Assembly: GCF_017348835.2 (NCBI RefSeq)
Contig: NZ_CP072315.1
Direction: 5' to 3' (one strand)
Source: Escherichia coli
GTDB taxonomy: Bacteria > Pseudomonadota > Gammaproteobacteria > Enterobacterales > Enterobacteriaceae
DNA: 64,000 nt
The notes beneath the pieces were generated by a model that worked only from the letters and a program-made list of their open reading frames with translations, did no database searches and was not told where the DNA came from. Within the stretch, counting starts at the first letter, position 1. Each line of letters begins with the position of its first letter. The translations under genes were made by a program, and so were the position numbers. Below are positions 27,427 to 37,017 of this stretch, one piece after another.

Positions 27427-28143
27427 TTAACTGTCTTGGAGTTTATTTAACTTAAAAACTGTTATTGCAGCATAATTTTTCGAATCAAATTCATAGAATT
27501 TTCTGACTTTTCCAGTCAAATGATAACGTTCACCCAATAAAATGTGATCCTGTTTATCGGCCGTTAAAGCGATCCCGTCATTTCTAACTTTACCAGTAAA
27601 TGTAAAAAAATAACTCCCTTTACTTTTTGCGTACGCGGCCCTGACTTCAGTAAATGTTAGTTCAATGCTTATGACCTGGCCGATATTGTAGCTATGTTTT
27701 AAAATTTCTTGTTCATTTTCCGGAGTTTCAGACAACATCACATCAAAAGTTGTAAAGAAACAATCCAGCTGGCGTTCTGTCAAGAAACGGTTATTGTCTA
27801 ATTGCGCCAATATACTATTAGAAAACTTAGTGTTAGCCTTTTTTGCTTTCTCAATAAGGACGTGGTTTCTGGATTTCCATGCTTCGAGTGTTGGGTTAAC
27901 ACGCAGTTCCGGAATGTTATCGAGAAAGGTAATTGGCTCTAGTGCCACTAATTTTTCAATAATGGGTCCAACTGTTTGTACCCCATGACACTTTTCACAT
28001 AAATCAGCCCCTTTGTGGCCTGTGCCCGCACATTCGTTACATTCTCTTTCGATAGGTGCATAATAATTTCCATCTCCGTTAAGTGATACATTCACTGAGG
28101 CTGGTACCATATGACCATCAAGAGTAAAGAAAAGAGATTTCAT
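27427..28143 (-). CDS. zinc-ribbon protein (238 aa), function unknown
   Basis: CNECAGTGHKGADLCEKCHG (CxxCxGxG-type) motif; last gene of operon with the ParB-like gene. Confidence 0.5.
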   Translation of the reverse strand: MKSLFFTLDGHMVPASVNVSLNGDGNYYAPIERECNECAGTGHKGADLCEKCHGVQTVGPIIEKLVALEPITFLDNIPELRVNPTLEAWKSRNHVLIEKAKKANTKFSNSILAQLDNNRFLTERQLDCFFTTFDVMLSETPENEQEILKHSYNIGQVISIELTFTEVRAAYAKSKGSYFFTFTGKVRNDGIALTADKQDHILLGERYHLTGKVRKFYEFDSKNYAAITVFKLNKLQDS

Positions 28144-28340
28144 TTTCGAAACACCTCCAAACGTGCCTCTACGATTGCTACAGCTTCTTTCACAGTTTTT
28201 TCATAGTGGTCATGCCCTTCAGGAAATTGATCAAAACGTTTACCGTGTTCTAACTCTTCCATGTTGCGTTTAAGGACTTCATGAGTTAGAAGCAAATCAC
28301 TATAATTATCGATAAGAGTCAGCTTTATAGGTTTAATCAC
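28140..28340 (-). CDS. small protein (66 aa)
   Basis: Stop overlaps the downstream gene start (operon position). Confidence 0.4.
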   Translation of the reverse strand: MIKPIKLTLIDNYSDLLLTHEVLKRNMEELEHGKRFDQFPEGHDHYEKTVKEAVAIVEARLEVFRK

Positions 28341-28357
28341 TCAACTAATCCTCGTTT

Positions 28358-29413
28358 TTAATATTCCTTAAGGAGATCTCGAATTTCCAGAAGCTCTTCT
28401 AATTTTGGTTTAGAAACAATGATTGCTGTATTTTCGTCGTTAAGTAAAGACAATAAAATATTTAGCTTTTCATCATTCAAGATTATTTGAACACCATCAT
28501 TGGAAAATATTACATTATTACTATTAACATTTTTGAACAAGTGTGCACTATCTCTACCAAATTTTAGTTCTGTTTGAGTATTCGTTATAGATTCCGTATG
28601 TGTACTTTCCACAAGCTCAAGAAATTCAGATTTTAGCCGTTCTGTTTTCTTATGCGAGAGGCGCTTAATACCCAAAGTCTTACGAGTGACTGCCGAATTT
28701 TTCTTTTCTGGTCCGCCTTTATTTAAGGTGTCTGGTCCTGCTCCAGCTGCATTGTGTTCAGGTATGCCTACAATTTTGCTCGTTGTAGTCTCAATATTCT
28801 TAACGCCAGGTAAGAAACCTTCTATATGTTTTAAAACCATTTTGTGATCGTTGGAATATTTTAACATTATTTCAATGGCGAGCGTTTTTTTGATTAGATT
28901 TAGGCTAATCAAACGTTGAAGCTCTAATGGCATATCAAGGATTTTTAGCATATTACGAATTGCGGTAGTTGATCGTTGATATCGCATTGCTAGTTCTTCA
29001 ACCGAATACCCGAGACTAACAGCATGAGCTAATGCATGAGCTTGCCCAACCGGATTTAGCCCATTGCTTCTGTTACCATCGAGGTTCTCAAGGTATTCTT
29101 CAATTTCGTTTTTATAATCGATTAGGATAACAGATAATTTTGGAATATTAGCACCTTCAGAAATTGCTAATTTTAAGCCATGAAAACGAGTATGACCTTG
29201 ACGAACTAAATATTTACCTTTTCTTTTTACGACCTTGATCATATCAACCTGCCTTCCTTCCTTAAAGGCTTGTTTGATTGACACAATCATCGACTTGACA
29301 GGTTCTTGTTCGTAACACAAATCTCCGATTACCGCCTCTCGGGGATTAAATCCCTTTTCAATTTCAACTAGATTAGTATCCACTTCAATGACTGTATGTT
29401 TGCTGTTGTTCAT
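28358..29413 (-). CDS. ParB/Srx-like nuclease-domain protein (351 aa)
   Basis: FNPRE ... YLVRQGHTRFHGLKLA ParB-box-like motif; paralog of the ORF at 23984. Confidence 0.55.
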   Translation of the reverse strand: MNNSKHTVIEVDTNLVEIEKGFNPREAVIGDLCYEQEPVKSMIVSIKQAFKEGRQVDMIKVVKRKGKYLVRQGHTRFHGLKLAISEGANIPKLSVILIDYKNEIEEYLENLDGNRSNGLNPVGQAHALAHAVSLGYSVEELAMRYQRSTTAIRNMLKILDMPLELQRLISLNLIKKTLAIEIMLKYSNDHKMVLKHIEGFLPGVKNIETTTSKIVGIPEHNAAGAGPDTLNKGGPEKKNSAVTRKTLGIKRLSHKKTERLKSEFLELVESTHTESITNTQTELKFGRDSAHLFKNVNSNNVIFSNDGVQIILNDEKLNILLSLLNDENTAIIVSKPKLEELLEIRDLLKEY

Positions 29414-29419
29414 ATCTTC

Positions 29420-29889
29420 CTCCTGTTTACTACATGATACATGAACCTCAAATTTGCCAAATAGGGCTGATACATCTAAAAGGTAAACTCAAAAAATTTG
29501 CTTAATAAAATTAAAATAAAAACTGTCTTGAATAAAACAATGATAGTAGACCCTCGTTCATTTCCGTTTGCGATCTGTAGATATTGTTAAAGGAGCGCTA
29601 TTCCTTGTTTTATATGGACTTATCATTGTTTTCAACAGGATAGATCAATTCTTTAGATCACTAAAGATCAATAGAGTTCAAGTAAAGATCACGGCATCTT
29701 TAACTCATTGATTATAGTGACTTTATGAAAGGATCCGGCATTCGGATGCATGCGAAAAGCATTTGAATGAATAAGGAAGGCATTTACTGGAATGCTTATG
29801 GCATTTAGGTTAATGCGTAAAAAGCATTTGCAAGAATATGTTATAAACAGTTTGCCAAATGAAAATCTTATCACCGACGAGTTAAGTTA
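29420..29889. other. putative oriV / rep promoter region of second replicon
   Basis: Four GATC sites within about 50 bp (29651-29700) and four ~21-bp direct repeats of type GCATTTnnnTGAATG (29735-29860) upstream of rep. Confidence 0.5.
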
Positions 29890-30765
29890 ATGATTAAAAA
29901 CAACGAGTTAATCCATCCTTTTGACGTAACCAGTAATGAATCAGGTAAGACTTATCAACTGACGCCTAACTCGTCCAAGTCGGTTCAGCCCGTGGCCCTG
30001 TTGAGATTGAGTGTATTTACCCCTGTCGGCACAAAAGAAAACCGCGACCGAAACTTTGAAGTTGATGCCTCTGATGAGCTTTCGTGTATGGAAATTGCAA
30101 GATCGGAGGGTTATGACGACATCAAGATAACTGGTGTCAAACTATCTATGTCTACCGACTTTAAGTGCTGGCTCGGGATCATCATGGCTTTCAGTAAATA
30201 TGGTTTTACTTCCGAGAAGATTACCCTGACTTTTAACGAGTTTGCGAAGATGTGTGGTATCAGTTCAACAAACATCAACAAACGAACTCGTGCGCGCTTT
30301 AAAGAGTCATTAATGAACCTTGCATCGGTAGTGCTTGCCTTCTCAGACTCTCGGAGTGGTCGGTTCACAGTAACGCATCTGGTGCAGAAGGCTATGATTG
30401 ATCCAAAAAGCGATACTGTTGAGTTGGTTGGGGATCCTTCTATGTGGGAACTGTATCGTTACGACCATAAGACATTGTTAAGCCTTCAGGTTCTATACAT
30501 TTTGGCTAAAAAAGAAGCTGCGCAATCTCTCTATATTTATTTTGAAGCAATGCCAGCTGGTACGTTGTTCGTTAATATGAAACGGTTGAGGGAAAGGTTG
30601 CTTCTTACAACCCCTATTCGTACGCAAAACCAGATAATTCGTAAAGCAATGCGGGAACTTGAATCTATCGGATATCTCGATTATCAAGAAGTTAAGAAAG
30701 GTCGCGACATACAATTTCAGATCTTCAAAAGAAGCCCTAAGCTGGCCCTCGCCAAACAAGGTTGA
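29890..30765 (+). CDS. iteron-type plasmid replication initiator, second paralog (RepFIB/RepHI-like)
   Basis: 291-aa protein paralogous to the Rep at 15391; iterons upstream and downstream. Confidence 0.7.
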   Translation: MIKNNELIHPFDVTSNESGKTYQLTPNSSKSVQPVALLRLSVFTPVGTKENRDRNFEVDASDELSCMEIARSEGYDDIKITGVKLSMSTDFKCWLGIIMAFSKYGFTSEKITLTFNEFAKMCGISSTNINKRTRARFKESLMNLASVVLAFSDSRSGRFTVTHLVQKAMIDPKSDTVELVGDPSMWELYRYDHKTLLSLQVLYILAKKEAAQSLYIYFEAMPAGTLFVNMKRLRERLLLTTPIRTQNQIIRKAMRELESIGYLDYQEVKKGRDIQFQIFKRSPKLALAKQG

Positions 30766-30874
30766 AAGCTACCAGGTATGCACTGGTTATAACATGCTGA
30801 AAAATAAGTTATTTATCAGTGCTATGCTTAGTGCTTCTTTTACTACTGGTCTTACATCTCGGCTTAATGTGCAA

Positions 30875-30887
30875 AAAAGTAACTTTT
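30875..30887. promoter_or_regulatory. palindrome site AAAAGTAACTTTT (dispersed family)
   Basis: Exact 13-bp palindrome about 110 bp downstream of rep. Confidence 0.35.
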
Positions 30888-30989
30888 CAAACGAACTCCT
30901 GACTATTCATCTGTATGCCTTTCTGGCTCAAGCGTACATGCTAGCCCATTCATTAAATGCCGTGGAGCAAGATGGTTTCGTGCGCACTC

Positions 30990-31500
30990 TATTCACGTGA
31001 ATGCCTTTTGTGGATTACGCCTCTTACATTCATACAAATGCTTTTGATGTCGGTATCCCAAAAAATCATTCATTGAAATGCTTTTGTTTGCCACTGTATC
31101 CCGAGCATAGCTATGCAGTGGTATAAAAAGGCATTTTGGTGAATGGCATTAGGTCGAATGACACACAGTACAGCTTTGTTAAGAGCGAGAATGGTCCAAG
31201 ACATCTATGACATTGGGCATCAGAAGGACTATGTGTTTGATATGAGATCAAAAAAATATCAGAAGCATCACAACTCCAATGGCATTCAAAGAAATGCCTT
31301 TGTTTTGTTAGTACACCAAACAACCCAAAATTCATGCAGTTATATCAAAGACTCATTCGCAAAAGGACTCAGCCAGAAAGCATTTGCTTAAATAGCATTG
31401 GCCAAAAGCATTCGAATGAATGATGTTCATATGGACAAGACAAAGTCCCACTCACGCCCAGAGGTGTAAAAGGCATTTAGATGAATGACGCACCGGCCGA
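30990..31500. repeat. downstream iteron cluster of second replicon (AAATGCTTTTG / AAAGGCATTT repeats)
   Basis: Multiple ~20-bp repeats read directly, inverted relative to the upstream set. Confidence 0.5.
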
Positions 31501-31659
31501 GGATTGTATGTAGTTTCTCCAACTGATAGTTGCCGAACCAGGGAGCACAGTGATATGCGGCCTTCTCAGAATCAAGAGATAGATATTAAGGGAACAAAAA
31601 AGATTAGATATGAAGCTTAGTTACCTGCCCGATATCTAGTTAGAGCTTTTCAAACCATC

Positions 31660-31672
31660 AAAAGTGACTTTT
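31660..31672. promoter_or_regulatory. palindrome site AAAAGTGACTTTT (dispersed family, central G)
   Basis: About 240 bp upstream of the pilin gene start. Confidence 0.4.
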
Positions 31673-31913
31673 ATGCTTGAGGAGTCTCATCAGCTTCAGG
31701 ATTGAGCTTAACGTAATCTTACCCCCTCCCCTCTTTCAAACTTTTACTAAGCGTTCACTGGTACTTTTCAAAGATTATGCTTTAGGCCCCTTTGCTTAAA
31801 AATTCACCAATCGCTAAACGTTAAAAAAAGGGGGTTTATGCGAACGGAAGGATCGGAATAAAAAAGTATTATTCATTCGCGTTTACGTGAACTCAAATCT
31901 ACACGGAGTAATT

Positions 31914-32267
31914 ATGGAACTTTCTTTAAATATTGGCCTTAGTGAAAAGAAATCTAACACGGCTGCACTTTTTAAAACAAAAAGCGCAAAAGTGATTTTG
32001 TTTGTTCTGCTGACCGTGCTTTTTTGCGGTCTGGCATATGCGGGTTCAGATGATGGGGCACTGGGAGATATTTGGTCATACATGAGTGAAAGTATGACTG
32101 GAGCTCCGGGCAAAATTCTGGCAGCCGCGATGTTGATCTCAAGCGTATATTTCTCTGTCCTTAAGCCTAACCCGGGCCTGGCACTGGTTTCATTATTCAT
32201 GATGCTGGTAATGGCCAACGGCGAGAAAATTATCAGCACCTTTATGGATGCTGGCGTACCGCTGTAA
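31914..32267 (+). CDS. trhA: F-type conjugative propilin (TraA/TrhA-like)
   Basis: ATG with GGAG RBS (track start is an upstream GTG); long leader ending GLAYA then a ~74-aa hydrophobic mature pilin; first gene of the T4SS cluster. Confidence 0.7.
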   Translation: MELSLNIGLSEKKSNTAALFKTKSAKVILFVLLTVLFCGLAYAGSDDGALGDIWSYMSESMTGAPGKILAAAMLISSVYFSVLKPNPGLALVSLFMMLVMANGEKIISTFMDAGVPL

Positions 32268-32317
32268 TTTATTGTTAATCATGCATGAGGGGGTTCATCC
32301 CCCTCTCTGGATTTTTA

Positions 32318-32635
32318 ATGAGTAAGCAGAACGACGTTCCTCAGCATACCTATAGATTCCCTTTCAGGATCAACATGCCTCTACTGATTTTGTTTTGGGA
32401 TGCAAAAAAAATAGGGCTTGCATTCATTCTGGTTGCATTTGGGAATATCTTCGAATGCTTCGGGTTTTCTGTTGTAGTAGCGGTTGTATATTGGATTGCG
32501 TATAACAAAGCAGCTGAGTCAGGAATAAGAGGATTGCTAAAACACAGACTCTGGTGGCTCGGTTTTTTGCCAGGTAAAGCAGTTTTTAGTAGCCGTTATT
32601 TCAACGATCCATTTATCAGAGATTTGTATTCTTGA
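32318..32635 (+). CDS. trhL: TraL/TrhL-like pilus assembly protein
   Basis: HTYRFPFRINMP and WWLGFLP motifs typical of TraL family; start uncertain (alternative ATG at 32285). Confidence 0.55.
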   Translation: MSKQNDVPQHTYRFPFRINMPLLILFWDAKKIGLAFILVAFGNIFECFGFSVVVAVVYWIAYNKAAESGIRGLLKHRLWWLGFLPGKAVFSSRYFNDPFIRDLYS

Positions 32636-32646
32636 TGGAGCTATGA

Positions 32647-33435
32647 ATGAAAATGCTAAGTGGCATTAACATCCCTTTTTTCAAAAAATCTAAAAAGGAT
32701 GAAAACGGTGATCTTGAACAGTCATACGTAAAGAAAGATGAAAGTGCTAAGGGACGTTTTTTGGACATTAAAAAACGATTTAGCCCACAAGCTGAAGCGT
32801 CAGGTGCTGGAATTACATACAGCGCCCTGATTAATCGTGATACAAAACTTATCCGCATTAATACTGTTTCAATAGCCGTCATTGGGTTATTGGTTGCAAA
32901 GATTCTTTTTTTCACTGACCCAGTGACGATTGTTACCCCTCCAAACATGAATGAAGAGATCACGGTTGTTGGTAACAAAGCATCGGAATCTTATAAAACA
33001 CAATGGGCTCTCTTTTTTAGTACCCTTTTAGGGAATATTAATCCAACTAATATTTCCTTTGTGACGGCCTATGTCCTCGATGCCCTTTCACCTGAACTAC
33101 AGGCTAAAACGAGTGAGTCTTTACAGGAGCAGATAAATATCATGCAGGCTCGTGGTGTTGAGCAGACCTTTAAGCCTAATGATATTTACTTTGATCCAAA
33201 AAATGACATGGTCTATGTCTGGGGTACCAAAACGACTCGACTTGTAAATGTTCCGGACAAAACTGAATCATCGAAATGGACTTATGAATGGGTTCTCGGG
33301 ATGAAAAATGGTCGCCCAAGAATTGCATATGTAAATCAATATTCCGGAACACCGAATATTAAAAAAATTACGATAAACGGCAAAGAGCAACTGGCAACGC
33401 TGGATAATCCGCCACCGTCTACAGGTAACAAGTGA
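32647..33435 (+). CDS. trhE: TraE/TrhE-like T4SS inner-membrane protein
   Basis: GGAG RBS; single N-terminal TM helix then periplasmic domain; position between traL and traK homologs. Confidence 0.6.
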   Translation: MKMLSGINIPFFKKSKKDENGDLEQSYVKKDESAKGRFLDIKKRFSPQAEASGAGITYSALINRDTKLIRINTVSIAVIGLLVAKILFFTDPVTIVTPPNMNEEITVVGNKASESYKTQWALFFSTLLGNINPTNISFVTAYVLDALSPELQAKTSESLQEQINIMQARGVEQTFKPNDIYFDPKNDMVYVWGTKTTRLVNVPDKTESSKWTYEWVLGMKNGRPRIAYVNQYSGTPNIKKITINGKEQLATLDNPPPSTGNK

Positions 33436-34706
33436 TGATTAAAAAAAAGGGCTTAGGGTTCAACGCAATTACCGCATTGATCATGCTCACGACTTCGAAC
33501 TGCGTAATCGCTGAAGAATACCAATTGCCAGCAACAATTAATAACCCGGTTGTAATGCCAGTTGGTGCTGACGGATTTCAGAATGGAGCTGCAAAAGCCA
33601 TTATTCCGGGTCAAGCTGGTTCTGAACAGTCAGGTGCACAAACAAACCTTAGTGAAGCCGGTAATGCGCAGGGACAAAAACCTACAACTGATCTCCCTAC
33701 CGTGCAACTTTCCCCAGCCAGCAATGCTTCGCCTGCGGTAAGCGCTATTACTGGAGCATTATCAAATAATCCTAGTCTCCCCGGATTTGACGCACAGACC
33801 CGCTCTGGTGCAATTGATAGCTATGGGAGACCAACAGGTACCTCTTCCCAGCAGAATGCAACCAATGCGACCGCCACGTCAAAAGCCGATGAACTTTATG
33901 TCGAAGCTCGTAACCGATATAAAGAAGTTCAGCGTGTAAATGTGCCGCCTGGTGGGAATGTGGTACTGCCAGTTTCACGAGGACTTCAAAACAGAATATC
34001 GACCAGCTTCAAGAATGCTTCTGTCAGCACTTCTACCCCTGCTGAAGAGGCAAGCATATTTGTTAATGGTGGCGATGTCTTTATTTCAACTAATACCGAT
34101 AAACCAATCGGGATTATGTTGTCGGAAGATCAGGTACCTGAATCGACCTATAACCTGACCCTGGTACCGCTTGATGTTCCCGGTGCGATGATTTCAGTTA
34201 CTACATCTTTAAGCCCATCTATGCAAGCCAAACGTGAAACCTCATTGGATAAGCAAAACTATGAGGAAATGTTGGCCCGCTCCCAGTCAGAAGAACTGGC
34301 TCCATCGGATCCAAAACAAGACGATCATAAACAAAGAATCATTGATTTATTGACTCCTGTGGCTCTTGGTGAGGTCCCTTCAGGATTCAGTTTACAACAG
34401 GACCGACTTTCTCGTATTCCTGCGTCAGAGCAGTCCCCATGTAACTTTAATATGTATGCAAAGCTCGGTCAGAGACTGGTTGGCTCACGTGAACTTATTG
34501 ATGTAATTCTTGTGAAAAACGATAAACCATACGGTCAAATCGTTGCTGATCAGCAGTGTATGGCAGAAGGCGTTATTGCAAGTGCTTTATTTGATAAAGC
34601 ATACCTGCAACCGGGAGAAGAAACAGAGCTTTACATAGTCCGGGATAAATTGTTCAAGGAACGCGAGGCCCGGGTTACAACCAGACCAAGTCTAATCAGA
34701 AAATAA
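33432..34706 (+). CDS. trhK: TraK/TrhK-like T4SS protein (VirB9-like)
   Basis: ATGA overlap with upstream gene; signal peptide; conserved position in F-like gene order. Confidence 0.6.
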   Translation: MMIKKKGLGFNAITALIMLTTSNCVIAEEYQLPATINNPVVMPVGADGFQNGAAKAIIPGQAGSEQSGAQTNLSEAGNAQGQKPTTDLPTVQLSPASNASPAVSAITGALSNNPSLPGFDAQTRSGAIDSYGRPTGTSSQQNATNATATSKADELYVEARNRYKEVQRVNVPPGGNVVLPVSRGLQNRISTSFKNASVSTSTPAEEASIFVNGGDVFISTNTDKPIGIMLSEDQVPESTYNLTLVPLDVPGAMISVTTSLSPSMQAKRETSLDKQNYEEMLARSQSEELAPSDPKQDDHKQRIIDLLTPVALGEVPSGFSLQQDRLSRIPASEQSPCNFNMYAKLGQRLVGSRELIDVILVKNDKPYGQIVADQQCMAEGVIASALFDKAYLQPGEETELYIVRDKLFKEREARVTTRPSLIRK

Positions 34707-34707
34707 T

Positions 34708-35169
34708 ATGGGAAAAGTTACTTTGCCTGCTCTGCTTGGGGCCACCGTGATTGGTTTTGTCGTATTTGCTTTAACCAGCTTTTACTACAGGTCAGAATAT
34801 ATACCAAAAAGGAGTGTATTAATCGTTCCGGACGCACCCATTAGTATCGAAGATGGCAGTAACGCTTTTCCCGTTCAGACAGTAATAATGAACGATCCAA
34901 CTCTTATTGATAAATTTGTAGGAGAGGACAATATTAATGAGGAGAATGCTTTTGACTATCACAAAAGTAACGTTTTGGAACCTAATTACAAACATGAAAT
35001 ATCTAGAACGAGCCAGATAGATAAAGCTGAAATGAATCATCCATCTGTTCGTGAAAACTGGGCCAGAGCAGGTGATCCCTATATCGTTCCTCAGATGTCT
35101 GACAGCGAACGAAATCTAAAAATTAAACGATTCCAGAAACCTACAAGTGGAGCTAATCATGGACATTAA
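34708..35169 (+). CDS. membrane-anchored protein (153 aa) within T4SS operon
   Basis: N-terminal TM segment; palindrome site overlaps codons 2-6. Confidence 0.5.
   Translation: MGKVTLPALLGATVIGFVVFALTSFYYRSEYIPKRSVLIVPDAPISIEDGSNAFPVQTVIMNDPTLIDKFVGEDNINEENAFDYHKSNVLEPNYKHEISRTSQIDKAEMNHPSVRENWARAGDPYIVPQMSDSERNLKIKRFQKPTSGANHGH
34713..34724. promoter_or_regulatory. palindrome site AAAAGTTACTTT (dispersed family)
   Basis: Read directly at the 5' end of the ORF at 34708. Confidence 0.35.
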
Positions 35170-36514
35170 AAAGGCCTGGGAAAATAAGACCGTCAGACTT
35201 TCTGTTATTGGCGCTCTGCTGGTAGTGATTGTTTATATTATTAGCCAGTCTATTTTTTCCACACCAGTTAAGAAAGAAAAGAAAACACAGAAAAAAGACA
35301 TGCAGACCAATTTGTTGTTAGATGATTCGCAAATGAACAAATTGAGTAATGAAGAAAGCCAGAAAGTATATAAGGAAATGGTTAAGCAAAACCGACTTGA
35401 TCAAAATGCGGCGAAAGAGGACCGCGAAAAAGCAGAAAAAGCCCAACAGGAAACTAAAGCCCAAGTTGCAAGTTTAACTTCTCAACTTCAGCAACTGTCT
35501 CAGCAAATTAATGATATGCAGACTAATCGAAACGGCAATCGTAACTTGGATGCTGGTAGTTCGCGTAAAACGATTAATGAGCAGGCACCGGCAGCTCCTT
35601 ATCAGCTTAATGCTAATGCGCCGATTAATGGCGTAAACCCTAATTACGCGTCTATCACACCTACGCGTAATAGCCCGATGAGAACAATCACACAAAGTTC
35701 CATTAAGACTAATGGTACCGATGGTGTCATTCAGGTTATGCCCGTGTCTGAAAACAGAATCAAGGAAGGCAGAGAGGTCATTGCAGGAGATAAAGCGCCT
35801 ACTCGGACTGTACGAGGTGATGGTACTGCGCCAGTTGATAGCAAAGCGCGGCATGCTGCCCGAAAAGATGAAATGTTTCTTCCGGCAACATCTATTATCA
35901 CTGGTGTTCTGATTACCGGGCTTGAAGCGCCTACAAGCCTTTCTTCCAAATCAGAACCAATGCCAGTAACAATGCGTATTAAAAAAGATGTCATCATGCC
36001 CAATAATTTCACCATGGATTTGCGTGACTGTAACCTTCTGGGTTCAGCTGTTGGTGATTTGGCGTCACAGCGTGCTTACATACGTGCCACTTCTATCTCT
36101 TGTGTTAATTCAAAAGGGAAAGCTTTTGACGTAAAACTGGAAGCATATGCTGTAAGTGAAAATGACGGAAAAAATGGGATCCGAGGCACGCTTATCAGCC
36201 GAAATGGTAACGCAATTGCAGGAGCTGCATTTGCCGGTGGACTTTCTTCACTTGCCGGTAGCTTAAGCCCCAGTAAGGTATCTTCACTTAACATCGACCC
36301 TAATTCACAGGCTCAGTATCAGTCCCCTAATTTTGGTGCACTTGGGGCATTAGCCGGGGCTGGTGCAGCTCAAGGTGGCCTTAATCGACTCGTCGATTAC
36401 TACACCGCAATTGCAGAACAACAGTGGCCAATCGTAGAAATTAGCCCTGGCCGAGCTATTACATTTGTCGTTCAGACCGGAACTACAATTCCAACGAATC
36501 TGACCAGTCGCTGA
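35159..36514 (+). CDS. trhB: TraB/TrhB-like T4SS protein (VirB10-like)
   Basis: ATG with GGAG RBS (track start is upstream GTG); N-terminal TM, coiled-coil/Pro-rich region and C-terminal VirB10-like domain. Confidence 0.7.
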   Translation: MDIKKAWENKTVRLSVIGALLVVIVYIISQSIFSTPVKKEKKTQKKDMQTNLLLDDSQMNKLSNEESQKVYKEMVKQNRLDQNAAKEDREKAEKAQQETKAQVASLTSQLQQLSQQINDMQTNRNGNRNLDAGSSRKTINEQAPAAPYQLNANAPINGVNPNYASITPTRNSPMRTITQSSIKTNGTDGVIQVMPVSENRIKEGREVIAGDKAPTRTVRGDGTAPVDSKARHAARKDEMFLPATSIITGVLITGLEAPTSLSSKSEPMPVTMRIKKDVIMPNNFTMDLRDCNLLGSAVGDLASQRAYIRATSISCVNSKGKAFDVKLEAYAVSENDGKNGIRGTLISRNGNAIAGAAFAGGLSSLAGSLSPSKVSSLNIDPNSQAQYQSPNFGALGALAGAGAAQGGLNRLVDYYTAIAEQQWPIVEISPGRAITFVVQTGTTIPTNLTSR

Positions 36515-36521
36515 GGTTTAA

Positions 36522-37004
36522 ATGGATAGTTTAGAAAAAAAAGAATCGACTGAATCAGCTGGACCTGAAATCACTAAAAAAATGGTGCGAGAAAGGACAA
36601 CAAAAAAAATTACCTTCGAAATTGATATTGAAAAAATATTGAAGTATTTATTTTTCTTCGCCTTTGCCGTTTTGGTCATTATTTATGGTTATAAAGGCTT
36701 TATGAATGTTTACGATTACTTCAATAAACAATCACAGCCTTCGTACAAGATTGCAGTGCTTGACATGCCTGAATTACGTAAGGAATTTTTCAAGCATCAC
36801 GGAGGCCGTACTGCTGACAATGATAGAACTCAATTCGAAGAATATTTCAGAACATTAATGAAGATCTACCGTGACCGTGGCTATTTAATTATTGATGCAA
36901 CGCTTGCCGTTACTGTACCGGATAGTGTTGAAATCGTCACTTATATGGAACTTGAAGATAGCTCTGAAGCGGTACAATCAAGTTCTTATAATGCAAAGAA
37001 GTAG
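36522..37004 (+). CDS. membrane protein (160 aa) within T4SS operon
   Basis: Central TM segment YLFFFAFAVLVIIYGY; co-oriented. Confidence 0.5.
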   Translation: MDSLEKKESTESAGPEITKKMVRERTTKKITFEIDIEKILKYLFFFAFAVLVIIYGYKGFMNVYDYFNKQSQPSYKIAVLDMPELRKEFFKHHGGRTADNDRTQFEEYFRTLMKIYRDRGYLIIDATLAVTVPDSVEIVTYMELEDSSEAVQSSSYNAKK

Positions 37005-37017
37005 AGGGCACCCAATA

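Noticed and set aside
36892-37017. Track start of the DsbC-like ORF 126 nt upstream
   Set aside because: It would overlap the preceding gene by more than 100 nt; the in-frame GTG at 37018 is followed directly by a canonical signal peptide.
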